Source: Eledone cirrhosa
Lineage: Eukaryota
Reading direction: 5' to 3'
DNA length: 64,000 nt
Assembly: GCA_964016885.1 (NCBI GenBank)
Contig: OZ024740.1
Location: forward strand, 205,778,001-205,842,000
In this document: positions 1 through 12,739 of the stretch, piece by piece
How the letters are laid out: every line of letters starts with the position of its first letter
How positions within the stretch are numbered: position 1 is the first letter of the stretch
Program-made: the position numbers and the translations under genes
Notes under the pieces: generated by a model
What the model saw: the letters and a program-made list of their open reading frames with translations, nothing else
Told to the model about the DNA's origin: nothing
Databases searched by the model: none

Positions 1-697
1 CCATGGCTGGTAGCCTTCCTATCACCAACCACTTCACAGGAAGTGGAGTTGCATCTGTCAAGAATGTGTGTGTGTGTGGGGTGGGGGTGAAGTAGTGAAG
101 TTGAGAATAACTGTTAAGGAATGCTAGTGTAAAGGGGGGGGGGGGAGGGTCACATTGTAAGCTGCAGGTCAGAAGTGTTAATTATCTGTCACCTGCTAAA
201 TACATTTAATTACCTAGTGTTTCATAATCACATATATTTCATCAACAGGTTGGGTATGATGACAAGTGTTCCAGTTGATCAGATCAATGGAACAGCCTGC
301 TTGTGAAATTAACATGCAAGTGGCTGAGCATTCCACAAACAGGTACAACTCATGCCTGCTGAGTGAACTGAGGCAATGTGAAATAAAGTGTCTTGCTCAA
401 GGAAATAGTCCACCACTGGGAATTGAACTCATGACCTTACGATCGTGAGCCAAATTCCCTAACCACAAAGCCATGCACTTTCATTCCATCAATAGATAGC
501 TAACAACACAACAACAAATGTTAAATCAGCAGTTGTCATTGTGAACCCCATGACTGGCTTCATACTCATCATGGGTCCTTTCTGGGACAATGTTTTATGG
601 TTAGATGTTTCAACCCTGTAAGTTGTCTCTCATAGCATGCAAGGATACAGGATATCAATTTTAAACAAGATACACACAAGTCTAAAATCTAAAAAGT

Positions 698-1098
698 CTA
701 AAGTCTGTCTCAAGCTTGGAGGCTCATCTGGCTGGTGCCTATTCCAGTTTCTGTGATATGAAGCAACTGAGAGTACAAGACTCCCTCCTGGTCAGTATGC
801 CAGTCCATATCAGGGCTAAAGTCTGTCTCAAGCTCGGAGGCTCATCTGGCTGGTGCCTATTCCAGTTTCTGTGATATGAAGCAACTGAGAGTACAAGACT
901 CCCTCCTGGTCAGTATGCCAGTCCATTTCAGGGCTAAAGTCTCTCTCGAACCTGGAAGCTCATCAGGCTGGTGCTTATCCCAGTTTCTGTGGCATGAAGT
1001 GACTGAGCGTACAGGACACCAGTCCATTGCAGTGTTAAACACCCAGCTATTGCTGGTACTCATTTTTCTTTCAGCTGAGTATACTGGAGCAACGTGAA
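698..1098 (-). repeat. SINE-like fragment whose first 118 bp are tandemly amplified (~3 units)
   Basis: CTAAAGTCT..CTC starts at 698, 816 and 934 (period 118). The third unit runs into the CAGCTGAGT..ACTGGAGCAA..TGAAA motif shared with other SINEs in the window. Confidence 0.6.
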
Positions 1099-1401
1099 AG
1101 TAATCATCCATTACTTGTGTGTATCCTAGACAGGACACAAGTAATGGATGATTAATTAATCATATTGATTCCCCACTTCATGTTTCACTGCACATTTATT
1201 TTTGACAATAACAACACACCAACGATAGCATGTTGTAACAGGTATCTTTACTACAACCTCAAGTCAACCAAAGCCTTGTAAAGGAAACTAGGTAGACACA
1301 AAATATTATTTAGAAGTCCATCAGATGGATTTTACCTGTAATTCAAAAGGTTTGCCTTTTCACATATTGTGTCATGTTGATTCAACTTAGGGGGAATTAT
1401 G

Positions 1402-1617
1402 TTAACCCTTTAGCATTTACATTACTCTATATTTACTATTTTATTTTTATGGCAAAGGCGTTATCTTACGTAATATCGAATCTATGAGATTTTGATGTTG
1501 TTCATTTTGAGAACAATACATTAACATCAGTATGAACACCTGGTTACAGCCGGTTTGAACAGAAAGAGGTAAGAGAATTATGGCCGGATATGGCTGGTTT
1601 AAATTCTGAAGGGTTAA
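1402..1617. mobile_element. MITE with TTAA-CCCTT termini (piggyBac-type). Other copies at ~38861-39088, 39403-39593, 41092-41309, 55338-57005 (split by a Helitron), 57221-57442 and 57512-57708
   Basis: TIRs TTAACCCTTTAGCATTTA...TAAAT(G/T)CT(A/G)AAGGGTTAA with a shared internal sequence. An empty-site version of the host repeat (GGAATTATGTTAAGG) lies at ~6603-6617. Confidence 0.8.
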
Positions 1618-2687
1618 GGGTAAATGTGTCTCCTCAATGGAGGGGGGGGGGGAATTGGTAGAGTCATTAGACCGCCCAATAGCATGCTTTGTGGTATTTG
1701 TTCTTGGCTCTCTTCATTCTGAGTTCAAATGCAGCCAAGGTCAACTTTGCCTTTCATCCTTTCATGATCGATAAAAAAAAAGTATCAGTCAAGTATTGGA
1801 GTCGATTCTTTGTCTCCCCCCCCCCCCCCCTCTCTCTCTATATATATATATATATCTTTCTCTGGAAGAAATCAGTTGTGTTCAGACATAGAATGGAGTT
1901 GGGCTCTACTTGGTTTAAAAAATGCCCAAGAAATGTCCTATGTCACTACAGAGCCTTTGCTACTCCATCAGGAGTTATGAGTGCATATATGCATACACTC
2001 ATACGTACATACATACATAGATACATAGATACATACACACACACATACATACATATATACATACACACACACATACATATATACATACACACACATACAT
2101 ACTTACATACACACATATACACACACATATACATGATGGCTCCCCCCTCGTTATCCAATATGGCCATTGCACGATATGCCATTATTAATAATTATTAATT
2201 AATTCTATCGTGCAATGCCTGTGCGTGAAGATATTTTTTAAAGTGAGGAAAGACTGTGCAATGAGCCAATCCCACTCTCTGAGCGACACTAGCTATAACC
2301 CGAAAAGAAGAAAAGATCAACATCATCGGTAACTACTGAGCCGCAGGTTTTATATCGGAGTTATCCCAGTTTCCTGAGTTGCCTTCTCCTAGAAGAATGC
2401 CTTGACAAAGGCTAGGGGTCCTTCACTCCCAGTGGTTTAACCGTGCGGTACATGTGTATATACATATTTACACACTTTCGGATGGGCATTGACTCTTATG
2501 AGTTCTTCGACCCAATATGTCGGGTCACTCTTGAGTGCAACTGGTAATATGTAACCCAGTACATCCTGTCGCATGGTTGAGTTGTTGGCGACTAAACTGG
2601 CAACCCCACCAAGTTTACTTGGTGAGGAGGGTGATTTTTGACACCTCGCAGGGCAAAAAGCAAAACCTGTCATACATACATACATAC

Positions 2688-5153
2688 GATATTCTATTGG
2701 AGGTATCTTACTGACCTCTACCAACAAGTTCTTAAGGGAGATACACTTATACCAGAATGGTTGACATTAGCACAAACAATACTGGTCCCCAAGAACAAAG
2801 ACACCCACTTGGCAAAAAACTACTGACTCATTGCATGCCAGATCCTGATGTATAAGATGTATACAGCCTGCCTGAACCTATTCTTCCAAGATCACTGTGA
2901 AAATAATAACATCATCACAGATGAACAAGCAGCTGGAAAGAAAGGGGTTTGGGGATGTACTGAACAACTCCTAATCAACAAAACTGCGATGTCGGAGGTG
3001 CGACAACTTAGGAGGAATGTGGCTACAGTCTGGCTGGACTACAGGAAAGCTTTTGATTCTGTTCCCCACTCTTGGATGATAGAGGCCCTCCAACTTGCTA
3101 AAGTCCCAGACATTATTATCAGAGCCATAGAGAAGCTGTCTTCTTTTTGGGCTACTATCCTAAGGTTAAAGACAGAGAGGGAGGACTCTATTTTCACTGG
3201 TAAAATAAAATATTGCATGGGTATATTTCAGGGGGACAGTCTCTCTGTGATATTATTCATCTTCTCATTAAACCCCTTGTCCTTTCTGCTCAAGAAATGT
3301 GAGGGATACATCATTGGCTCACAGGAGGACAGAAATATGAACCTAACCCATAATTTCTTTGTGGATGATCTGAAACTCTATGCCAAGAACATGGATGGGA
3401 TGAAGAAAAATCTTGACCTGGTTACAACATTCTCAAAGGATATAGGAATGGAGTTTGGCCAAGATAAATGCTCATACATCACTGTAAAGTGGGGAAAAAC
3501 AACAACCCAATCTAGCAACATTGTCATCAATGGCCTAACTGTTTCGCCGATATCTGATGAGGACTGCTACAGATACCTGGGGATAGATGAGAACATATCC
3601 TATAATGGTATCTGTAATAAAGAACGCGTAACCAGGGAATACTACACCCAATTAAGAAAGATTTGGTCATCGGAACTCTCTGCGCAAAACAAAACAGTGT
3701 CTCATAATGTGTTTGCTGTACCTGTCCTAACACCAATGTTTGGAATACTCAATTGGACGATAGACGGAATCCGAGCAGTTGATGTTAGAACTCGAAAAAT
3801 ACTGAACAACACTGGAAACTTCCACATCAACAGTGACATAGACCGCCTTTACTTGAAATGTAAGCAGGGAGGCAGAGACCTAATATCAGTCCAGACAACA
3901 TTTGAATGTTGCATCATATCCCTATGACAACATCTATGAACCTCGAACCGTAGGAGCCCATCTCTCGAGCAAGTCTATCTGCATGAAACAGATAAGATCA
4001 TGAGAATTGGGAAGGAACTCCTTGAGAGATATTCCCTGTGTGATAATCAAAAACTCACACCCAGGGATGTCGCTCAGCAGTATCGCAGTGAATCCATGGA
4101 TGAAAAACTGCATGCTTATCAGCAAAAATTCATGCATGGATATGTTGCCAGGAAGCTCCAGAGTGAGAGTAATATAGATAAGGAAAGTAGTCTATCTTGG
4201 ACCAACAACCGCTATATTGGCTCCCACTTTGAAGGATATGCTTTTGCAATCCAAGAACAGGAAGTTAACATGAAATACCAGATTCACAAGAGAGATAGGG
4301 ATGCAGGTAAAACATCTAGATGTGATAACAAGTGCAGATTCTGCAGAATTAACATCGAAGATGTCACCCATGTCATCAGCAGCTGCCCAAAGATGTCATC
4401 GTGGTACTATCTACCTATGAGGCATGATGTAGTGGCCAAAACACTGTACAATGCAATCCGTAGAAAAGATAACCCCGATAATAAACACATTAAAAGCTGC
4501 AGCAACGTGGAAGACATCCATGTACATAATATGAAAGAGTACTGGTGGAATGTTCCAGTAAAAACCCCCAATAGAATGCAGGCATAACAGACCAGATATT
4601 ACAATATGGGACAGGGAGAAGAAAGCATGCACAGTAGTGGAAATTAGCTGCCCAGCAGATGCCAATATAATATCAAAGATTAGCAAAAAGGAGAATATTT
4701 ATGTAGAACTGATGAGAAATCTGCAGATACTCCACCCTGATTACACCTTCAGATTTATGCCTGTGATTATTGGGGCACTGGGGTATGTTAGTAACTGCCT
4801 CAATACAAATCTTGAGAAGCTAGGCTTCACAGGAACAGAAAGAACACAACTAGTTAGGAAATTACAAGTACAATCCATTAATGGAACAGTAAAAATATGT
4901 AAAACATTCCAAAAATGTTGCATCTAATAATTGCATATACACATACAGATACAAAGCATATACACATGCTCACATACAACTCAAAACATACACATCCATA
5001 CATACAATAACATCCATACCTACACATGCATGCATACATACATCTCTACCTAGTTGATGTTGTGTAATTTCCAATGAGAGAGTCTTGTGTCTATGTTAGA
5101 AACCGACTCTCTCTCTATTGGTAAAACTTTGTGAAATTATAAAACCAGAAGAA
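2688..5153 (+). mobile_element. R4/Dong-like non-LTR retrotransposon (RT, CCHC knuckle, restriction-like endonuclease), 5'-truncated and degenerate
   Basis: ORF pieces 2688-2826, 2848-3927 and 4000-4587 share one frame, and 4637-4927 follows a frameshift. Motifs: WLDYRKAFDSVPH, GIFQGDSLS, FFVDD, YRYLG, CRFC..E..TH..SSC, RHD, PD..WD..EISCP. The 3'UTR ends at CCAGAAGAA. Confidence 0.9.
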
Positions 5154-5161
5154 CATACATA

Positions 5162-5338
5162 CAAACGGAGGCAGGGTTGCACCAAGATCACCTGGTGACG
5201 AACGTTCTGAAAAGACTTGATGGCAACCAACAACACTTGGTACAGGCGCAAAAAAGCCGCTGCTGATCAAGACCATTGGTGACTACTTACTGCTCGATAT
5301 GCCAAATGACGCGAGAGAACCTAAGACTAAGGCTAAGA
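5162..5338 (+). mobile_element. 3' end fragment of an RTE-like LINE with (CTAAGR)n tail
   Basis: Degenerate KRRQG.TKITW...AAADQDHW-like C-terminus, followed by CTAAGACTAAGGCTAAGA. Confidence 0.45.
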
Positions 5339-5426
5339 CATACATACGTACATGCATACATATTCGCACACATACATATACACATACATACATGCATACA
5401 TATACACACACATACATACATACACA

Positions 5427-6234
5427 AAATACCTGATTCACAAAAGAGATAGGGATGCAGGCAAAACACCTAGATGTGATAACAAGTGCAGACTCTGCAG
5501 AACTAACATCGAAGATATCACCCATGTCATCAGCAGCTGTCCAAAGATGTCATATGAGGCATGATGTAGTGGTCAAAACACTATACAATGCAATCCGTAG
5601 AAAAGATAGCCCCGATAATAAACACATTAAAAGCTACAGCAATGTGGAAGACATCCATGTACATAATATGAAAGAGTCCAGTAAAAACCCCAATAAAATG
5701 CAGGCATAACAGACCAGATATTATGATATGGAACAGGGAGAGCCCAGCAGATGCCAATATAATATCAAAGATTAGCGAAAAGGAGAATATTTATGTAGAA
5801 CTGATGAGAAATCTGCAGATATTCCACCCTGATTACACCTTCAGATTTATGCCTGTGATTATTGGGGCACTGGGGTATGTTAGTAACTGCCTCAATACAA
5901 ATCTTGAGAAGCTAGGCTTCACAGGAACAGAAAGAACACAACTAGTTAGGAAATTACAAGTACAATCTATTAATGGAACAGTAAAAATATGTAAAACATT
6001 CCAAAAATTTTGCATCTAATAACTGCATATACACATGTACAGATACAAAGCATATACACATGCACACATACAACTCAAAACATACACATTCAATAACATC
6101 CATATCTACACATGCATGCATGCATACATAATCTACCTAGTTGATGTTGTGTAAATTCCAAGAGAGAGTCTTGTGTTAGAAACCATCTCTCTCTCTATTG
6201 GGAAAACATTTGTGAAATTATAAAACCAGAAGAA
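5427..6234 (+). mobile_element. Second, shorter R4/Dong-like copy (endonuclease region plus 3'UTR)
   Basis: Highly similar to 4273-5153 with small deletions, and has the same 3' end, CCAGAAGAA. Confidence 0.9.
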
Positions 6235-6705
6235 CACACACACACACACACACACATACATACATACATACATACATACACATGTGTCTCTGGATTACTC
6301 AGTCACTTTCACTATATCAAAAGTTTTCTGATTTAGTCACACCGACAGCAATTTTGGGGGAGGGGAAAGTTGATTAAATCAACCCCAGTGCATTACTGGT
6401 GCTTTATTTTATTGACCCCATAAGGATGAAAGGCAAATCTAATCTTGGCTAGTTTTAAACTCAGAATGTAAAAGGACATAACTCTGCCTCACAGCATGTT
6501 GTCCGACGCGCTACTGATTCTGCCACTATAATATAAGATGGATTGTACCTGTAATTCAAAGGTCTACCTTTATCCCATATTGTATCATACTGATTTGACT
6601 AGGGAATTATGTTAAGGATACATATGTCTTTGGAATACTCAACCATATACACATAACACATGAGTTGGTCATTCAATTAATCAATTGACTGAATTGAATG
6701 CTCAT

Positions 6706-7001
6706 TGTCAAAATTGACAGAAGATCTGTCAAAATTGACAGAAGGTCCATCAAAATTGACAGTTCCATCACAATTGACAGAAGATCTGTCAAAATTGACA
6801 GAAGATCTATAAAAAATGGCAGCAGATGCACCAAAATTGATAGAAGATCCGTCAAAATTGACAGAAGTTCCATCACCGTTGACTGAAGATCTGTCAAAAT
6901 TGACAGAAGATCCATCAAAATTGACAGAAAATCAGTCAAAATTGACAGAAGATCCATCAAAATTGATAGAAAATCCGTCAAAATTGACAGAAGATCCGTC
7001 A
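6706..7001. repeat. 21-bp minisatellite (~14 units)
   Basis: Unit GTCAAAATTGACAGAAGATC(C/T), containing the near-palindrome TGTCAAAATTGACA. Confidence 0.95.
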
Positions 7002-8148
7002 TGTTCAAAGTAGAACTATTTAAATTATCATAAAATATGGGTCCACTATATGTGTTTTTATTTAACCTTTTCAGAAGATGTGAGTCAATTGGGATTATAA
7101 TGTTATAAAAGAAGCCACAGCAGAGGTAATCTATGCAGGAATTATTGCCTATAGGCAGATTACACATAGATAAAAACACTAAAGAAGTTTATCTTTAAGG
7201 AAGATTTTTGTGTACGATTATTCTCATACACATACATATACACAGCAACAACAAATACACACACACACACATATATGTTGGTGTGTGTATACATACCTAC
7301 ATAAATGTCTATATATATATTCACACATCATTCAAACTTGAAAAGAAACACGTGCACACTATAAACAGTAAATAAATACTATGTGTGTGTGTGTGCATGC
7401 ATGTGTGTGCATATTTACATATGTGAATACATACATACACACAGATCATAAAAGGGATAAAGCATACTAAATTCCTGGCATAGATTAGTAACAAGTTTAT
7501 AACTTCTCACCACAAAGTTACCTCCATATAATCCAGGAGCCAGAAATGCCACCAAGTATCTTCTACATAACTGACAGACATTAACATAAGACAACAAATG
7601 GCTGATTAATGAAACATAAGACAACAAATGGTTGATTAATGAAAACAAAACCTGAACACATTAGTATATCATTGCCAACTTATATAATGAAACAAATGAA
7701 ACAAATCAATAGAAATTAATCAAATAAAAGAAGAAAACATTAAACATAAAACAGATGATATGTAGACTGAATTACATACTACAACAGGGAATGTGGAGAC
7801 TTCTGGTGTCCTTGGCCGTAGAGGATCACCTCCCTACTCACCACTATCAGCACAGAGTTGGCTAACCTTGCAAGCTGGAATGGCTCTTCCAGCGCGTCTC
7901 TCTCACTATCCTCCAGGGAAACGCCTTTTCTATTCTGTCCACTGGGGCCGTGGGGTGGCCAGCACCTGGGCCCCCATTTGCCCATCATAGTGAGAGAGAT
8001 GGAGAGTGAGAGAGATGGAGGCAGGTGTAGATGTATATATTTATTTACCACACCACATTTTATTCACCTTTGAAGAACTCAAAGGATCTGTTTACGTTTG
8101 CAATCAAAGTTTTATCAAGGCAAAGTCGCTTTCTTATTTCAAACTTAC

Positions 8149-8360
8149 TTTGAAAGGGAATGTTGATGTTTCCTTCCAAAAAGTTTTGAGGCAGCCAATA
8201 AACCTATGGTATTGCCATGGGTGATAGTGAGCCTAAGGTGCTGGAATAGCCAAACACACATGCAAGTATCACCTGATACTACAGTAAGGCAAGCCACCAA
8301 CAACGACAAGAACCTCATTGTTTGTGGTCTAGCTCCTATGAATGTCGTGAATTCCACAGG
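8149..8360 (-). CDS. Candidate exon of an unidentified minus-strand gene; signal-peptide-like MRFLSLLVACLTVVSG
   Basis: On - there is an acceptor TTTTTTCAG and a donor GTAAGT, with one open frame in non-repetitive sequence. A second candidate exon (8438-8489) lies 77 nt upstream. No recognised homology. Confidence 0.3.
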
Positions 8361-8739
8361 CTGAAAAAATAGTTTGCTGATAATTCATGGTGTTACAGAA
8401 TTTTATTTTGTCCAGCTATGGATGCAGTGACCCTCACCTGCTCTGTGGCATCTAGGATGTGTGAAGGAGCAAAACAACTTTTAGGGTAGCTAAAATAAAA
8501 TAAACCTGTTTCCTTTTTTTTATACAAACAGTGACATGTGTAATATCATGGCATTTTTATGTTTGATAAAACTTTCTTTTAAGGGAGTCAAGGGAATATG
8601 TTGTCCAGAGGTGCATATGATTCTTTTGGATTTTCCTTCATTATTATACTAGCATAATAGTTTTTTATTTATTCATATTTCTGTTTTATTTCATTCTCAC
8701 ATATTCCCTCACACTTAATCTCATTGGAGATTTGGTGTA

Positions 8740-9090
8740 TAAATACTATAACAATGTCAACTGAGGGTTAGTGTAGCTGTTAAATACTATAATTGTTTCT
8801 ACTTTTTGGCACAAGGCCAGCAATTACCCAGTATATTACTGGTACTTTATTTTATCGACCTCGTAAGGATGAAAGGCAAAGTCAACCTCGGCGGGATTTG
8901 AACTCAGATCGTAAAGGGACGTAACTATGCTAGAAAGCATGTCTGACCCTCTACCGATACTGCCAATTCACCGTAATGTCAACTAAGGTTTGGTGTAGCT
9001 GTTAAATACTATAACAATGTCAACTAAGTTTTCTGTTAAATACTATAATAATGTCAACTGAGGGTTAGTGTAGCTGTTACATACTATAAC
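8740..9090. repeat. ~41-bp tandem repeat interrupted by a SINE (8788-8975)
   Basis: AAATACTATAACAATGTCAACTGAGGGTTAGTGTAGCTGTT units lie on both sides of the SINE. Confidence 0.8.
8788..8975 (-). mobile_element. tRNA-derived SINE family 1 (Meta-domain-like). Other copies at ~1650-1810+, 6320-6530-, 25878-26072-, 35340-35500-, 35635-35850+, 37628-37795-, 41464-41610+, 42755-42940-, 46315-46450+, 52780-52900-, 59190-59400- and 60050-60245-
   Basis: Pol III B box GAGTTCAAATCC, followed by conserved CTTTGCCTTTCATCCTTACGGGGTCGATAAAATAAAGTACCAGT, in more than 10 dispersed copies. Confidence 0.85.
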
Positions 9091-9358
9091 AATCTTTCTT
9101 AACCCTTTCACTATCATATTTATAACGAAAGATACTGCATATGATTTTCAATAAATGTTACATAAAATTATGATGGAAGGTTTTTAGAAAAATATGAACA
9201 TATTAAAACAGTTTCATATTGTAGAACCAGGGGTGGTTTCGTGCAGTTTAGTCCCAAATATCAAATTAAAACACAACTGACATATTTTTGATTAGAACCA
9301 CAAAATATAAACTGTTTTGTTTTGTAAATCAACTGTCCAGTTGGTGCCAATGTCGTTG

Positions 9359-9389
<31 letters not shown>

Positions 9390-10638
9390 TTCACATAATG
9401 TGCAAAACCATTTTGCTGATTTGAGAGCTGATGAGGACGAAGATGTGTGTGTATAAACTTGTCTTGTACATCGCCTTTCTTTATTTCCTTCTTCTAGTCA
9501 CTTCTATGCCTCAACACACTTCTCCTTGTCCTCCTCTCTTTCAATCTATTCTATATTTCATCTGTCTGTCACCCACCTTGTGGATAGTTTCTCTATTGAC
9601 CACTGACTACTGGTCTCTGTCCTCTGAGGCATTTTTGCCCATCACTGTCTTTGACAGTATTTAGATGTTTTAATGGCTCTTCTAGCGATGAATTTTCTCA
9701 TTTTTATATGTATTCAAATACAGTCGCACTTCTTCGCAATCAGAGACAACATTGTTTCTTCATTTAGTAAATATCAAGTTTTTGGTAAAATGCTAGGTCT
9801 GGCACACAACTATGACAGATGGAGAAGACTGGTCTACAGCTTGTCAAAGCATGGCACCCCTATGATTCCATTGGGGGCTGAGGTTCTATGATATGATATG
9901 AAAATAATAAATATTGGAACCCTTGTTTTCATTTTCATTACCCTTCTTTCAACAACACCAGACTGCACCACTCTTCAAACTAGTTGATTTATATAAATTG
10001 GGTCTTGACATTTGCAGTCGGGACCATAAGAATAATTATAATTAAACTCTCTTGTAAAATACACGTTTTACAAAGTAATGGGTAGAGGGACCTCTTTAGC
10101 CCTGGCAGGGACTTGATAACCTCTCTAGTGTTGGTATCATGATAAACTGCACCCAACACACTGTAAAGTTGTAGTGCTGGTACCATGATGAAATGTACCT
10201 AGTACACTCTATAAAATGGTAGTGTTGGTTCCATAATAAAATGCATCTAGTAGATTCTGCAAAATGGCTGCCAGTCATAGAAATCATGTAAACATGGAAA
10301 GCAGATGTAACTATGATGAAGATTAATGATGACCAACTTGTATACCTCACCCCAAGGTAGCCATGGTAACTGATCTATCTATATATTGAACCATCGGATG
10401 TGAAGTTGGATCATCATCATCATCATTATCCTCATAATGATCATCATCATTTTACATCTGTTGTTTCATGCTCGCATCAATAAAAATAATTATAATTTGA
10501 TAAGATGGCTAGATTTTTAATTGAAGGTACCCTTATAACATATTCTGTAGGCCCAACACTAGCTGAACCCAATCCTGAAATACTTAAGTTCAGGGCTGGT
10601 GCTACTATTAAGGCCAATGAGGTAGCCACCTATGGCAT

Positions 10639-10898
10639 AGAGAGGCTCGTTGCTGAACAGAGAGGCTCATTGCTGAACAGACAGGCTCATTGCTGAACAG
10701 AGAGGCTCATTGCTGAACAGAGAGACTCATTGCTGGACAGACAGACTCATTGCTGAACAGAGAGGCTCATTGCTGAACAGAGAAGCTCATTGCTGAACAG
10801 AGAGGCTCATTGCTGAACAGAGAGGCTCATTGCTGAACAGAGAGACTCATTGCTGAACAGACAGGCTCATTGCTGAACAGAGAGGCTTATTGCTGAAC
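10639..10898. repeat. 20-bp minisatellite (~13 units)
   Basis: Unit CATTGCTGAACAGAGAGGCT. Confidence 0.95.
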
Positions 10899-11577
10899 CT
10901 TAAAGAATCACAGTTTTATACAAATTTGAGAAATTAAATAAAATATATAACAATGCATTCATGAGTTTTATATCAAATAATAATAATATTATAATTGAGA
11001 GAATGGGACACATAACTAGGGATGCTAAGTACCCAAGCACTAACAGTACTTAGTACTAGCAGAATTATGAAAGATGCAAATGTCTCCACTGCATGCAACC
11101 AACTTTAAGAGATCATGGGCTTAAATTCCACTTAAAAAATATCGTTCAACTGAAAACCTTGTTAGAAGATATTTGCTCAAGGTGCTGTGCAGTGGGATCA
11201 AACCTAGAACAGCATGGTTGCAAAGTGAGCTTCTTAACTCAGCCATATCTGAGTCCTTGAATAGAAGGCCAGTCTACCATATGTAATTATATTTCAAGTT
11301 AATCTGTTACTTATTTCTGATTGTTAATTGAACTGAAATGCATAGAATTAATTAGTAATTGCACTAACATGGATGTTAAATGAAGATAATAATAATGATG
11401 ATACATGCACACACACACAAACACATATAGAGAAAGTGATCATAAAATTATACATACATATATTCATGTGGAAATTGGATGTTAAATGATATATATATAT
11501 AATAAAGAGGGTGTGGTAAGATACCAGATGAACCATAACACATCAGAGTATTCAATACTTAGGATAGTAGAGTGGGG

Positions 11578-11699
11578 AATAGCAAAAGAGTCAAGACCCC
11601 GACGGCTGAGCTCCAGCCGTTTTGACAGCTAGATCCAAACAGTTTGGATCTAGCTGTCAAAATGGAGCACAGCCGTCGGGGTCCTGACTCTTTTCCTAT
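11578..11699. repeat. Imperfect palindrome (fold-back of a dispersed repeat also seen at ~25060-25155 and ~48235-48335)
   Basis: AAAAGAGTCAAGACCCCGACGGCTGAGCTCCA..TTTTGACAGCTAGATCCAAAC, then A, then GTTTGGATCTAGCTGTCAAAATGGAGCACAGCCGTCGGGGTCCTGACTCTTTT. Confidence 0.85.
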
Positions 11700-12140
11700 C
11701 ATCATCATCATCACCGTTTTACGTCTGTTCTTCCACGCTAGCATGGGTTAGACGGATTGTCCTGTTGTGGGCAGTGTCCGGTCAGCTGACCTTGTCTCGC
11801 TCATATGGGAACTGATTCTGGCTTGATTTCTACAGTTCGATGCCCTTCTTAACACCAACCTCATTTACAGTGAGTGCTGGGTGCTTTTTTTCTGTGGCTC
11901 CTACATGTCCACTTTACAGTCTGGGCTGGGTGCTTTTTTGCCGTGGCACCTCCACACCCACTTTGCAGTGGAATGATAAGGACCTCAGTCCTATCATCTC
12001 ATTTCTACAGCTGAGTAAACTAGTGCAATGTGAAATAAAGTGTCTTGCTCAAGGAAACAACACATCACCCGGTCCGAGAATTGAACTCACAACCTTTCGA
12101 TTGCAAGCCCAATGCTCTAACCACTAAGCCATGCGCCTTC
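11700..12140 (-). mobile_element. tRNA/CORE-like SINE family 2 with RTE-type tail
   Basis: Reverse complement of the 20985-21360 SINE, with a (GAT)n tail. Confidence 0.85.
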
Positions 12141-12167
12141 ACATATATATGTGTGTGTGAGTGTGTG

Positions 12168-12223
<56 letters not shown>

Positions 12224-12739
12224 CACACACATATATACATACACACATATATATATGTGTGTATATATATATACATATATATATATATACACATACATAT
12301 ATATATATATTATTTATTCTTTTTTATTAACAAATTTTTTTACCCATTTTTTTTAGAGTGCATATGAAATAAATTCCCTCAGTTGTCAGGGAAGCTCCCT
12401 AGAAGTTGTTGATAGCTTTTATTACCTAAGTGATCTAATCTGCAGTGGGGGTGGGGAATGTTATGATAATGTGAGATCTATTCCAATTGCCATTGTTGAG
12501 ACTGCTGTATAAATGCTTCCTAAAAAGAAATCCATCAAATATCAACTCTGCTGAAATAGTAAACTCTGCTGAAATAGTAAATGAAGTGTGTGAGACTCTA
12601 AAATCAATTTCCTTAAATTATGTAAAACCTACAATACATGATAAAGTCACACTCAATACTGATAAGAAAAAACTTGATTAAGTACACCTTCAAGCAGAGG
12701 AAGGTTACATCAAAGGTAAAATCTCTGAAATAATTTAGA

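Noticed and set aside
2330-2660. GC-richer structured segment, possibly a LINE 5'UTR or HDV-like ribozyme
   Set aside because: Neither the nested double pseudoknot nor a family could be assigned by eye.
6706-7001. CRISPR-like look of the palindromic repeats (also 10639-10898 and 52275-52778)
   Set aside because: Units are head-to-tail with no unique spacers, there are no cas genes, and the context is eukaryotic.
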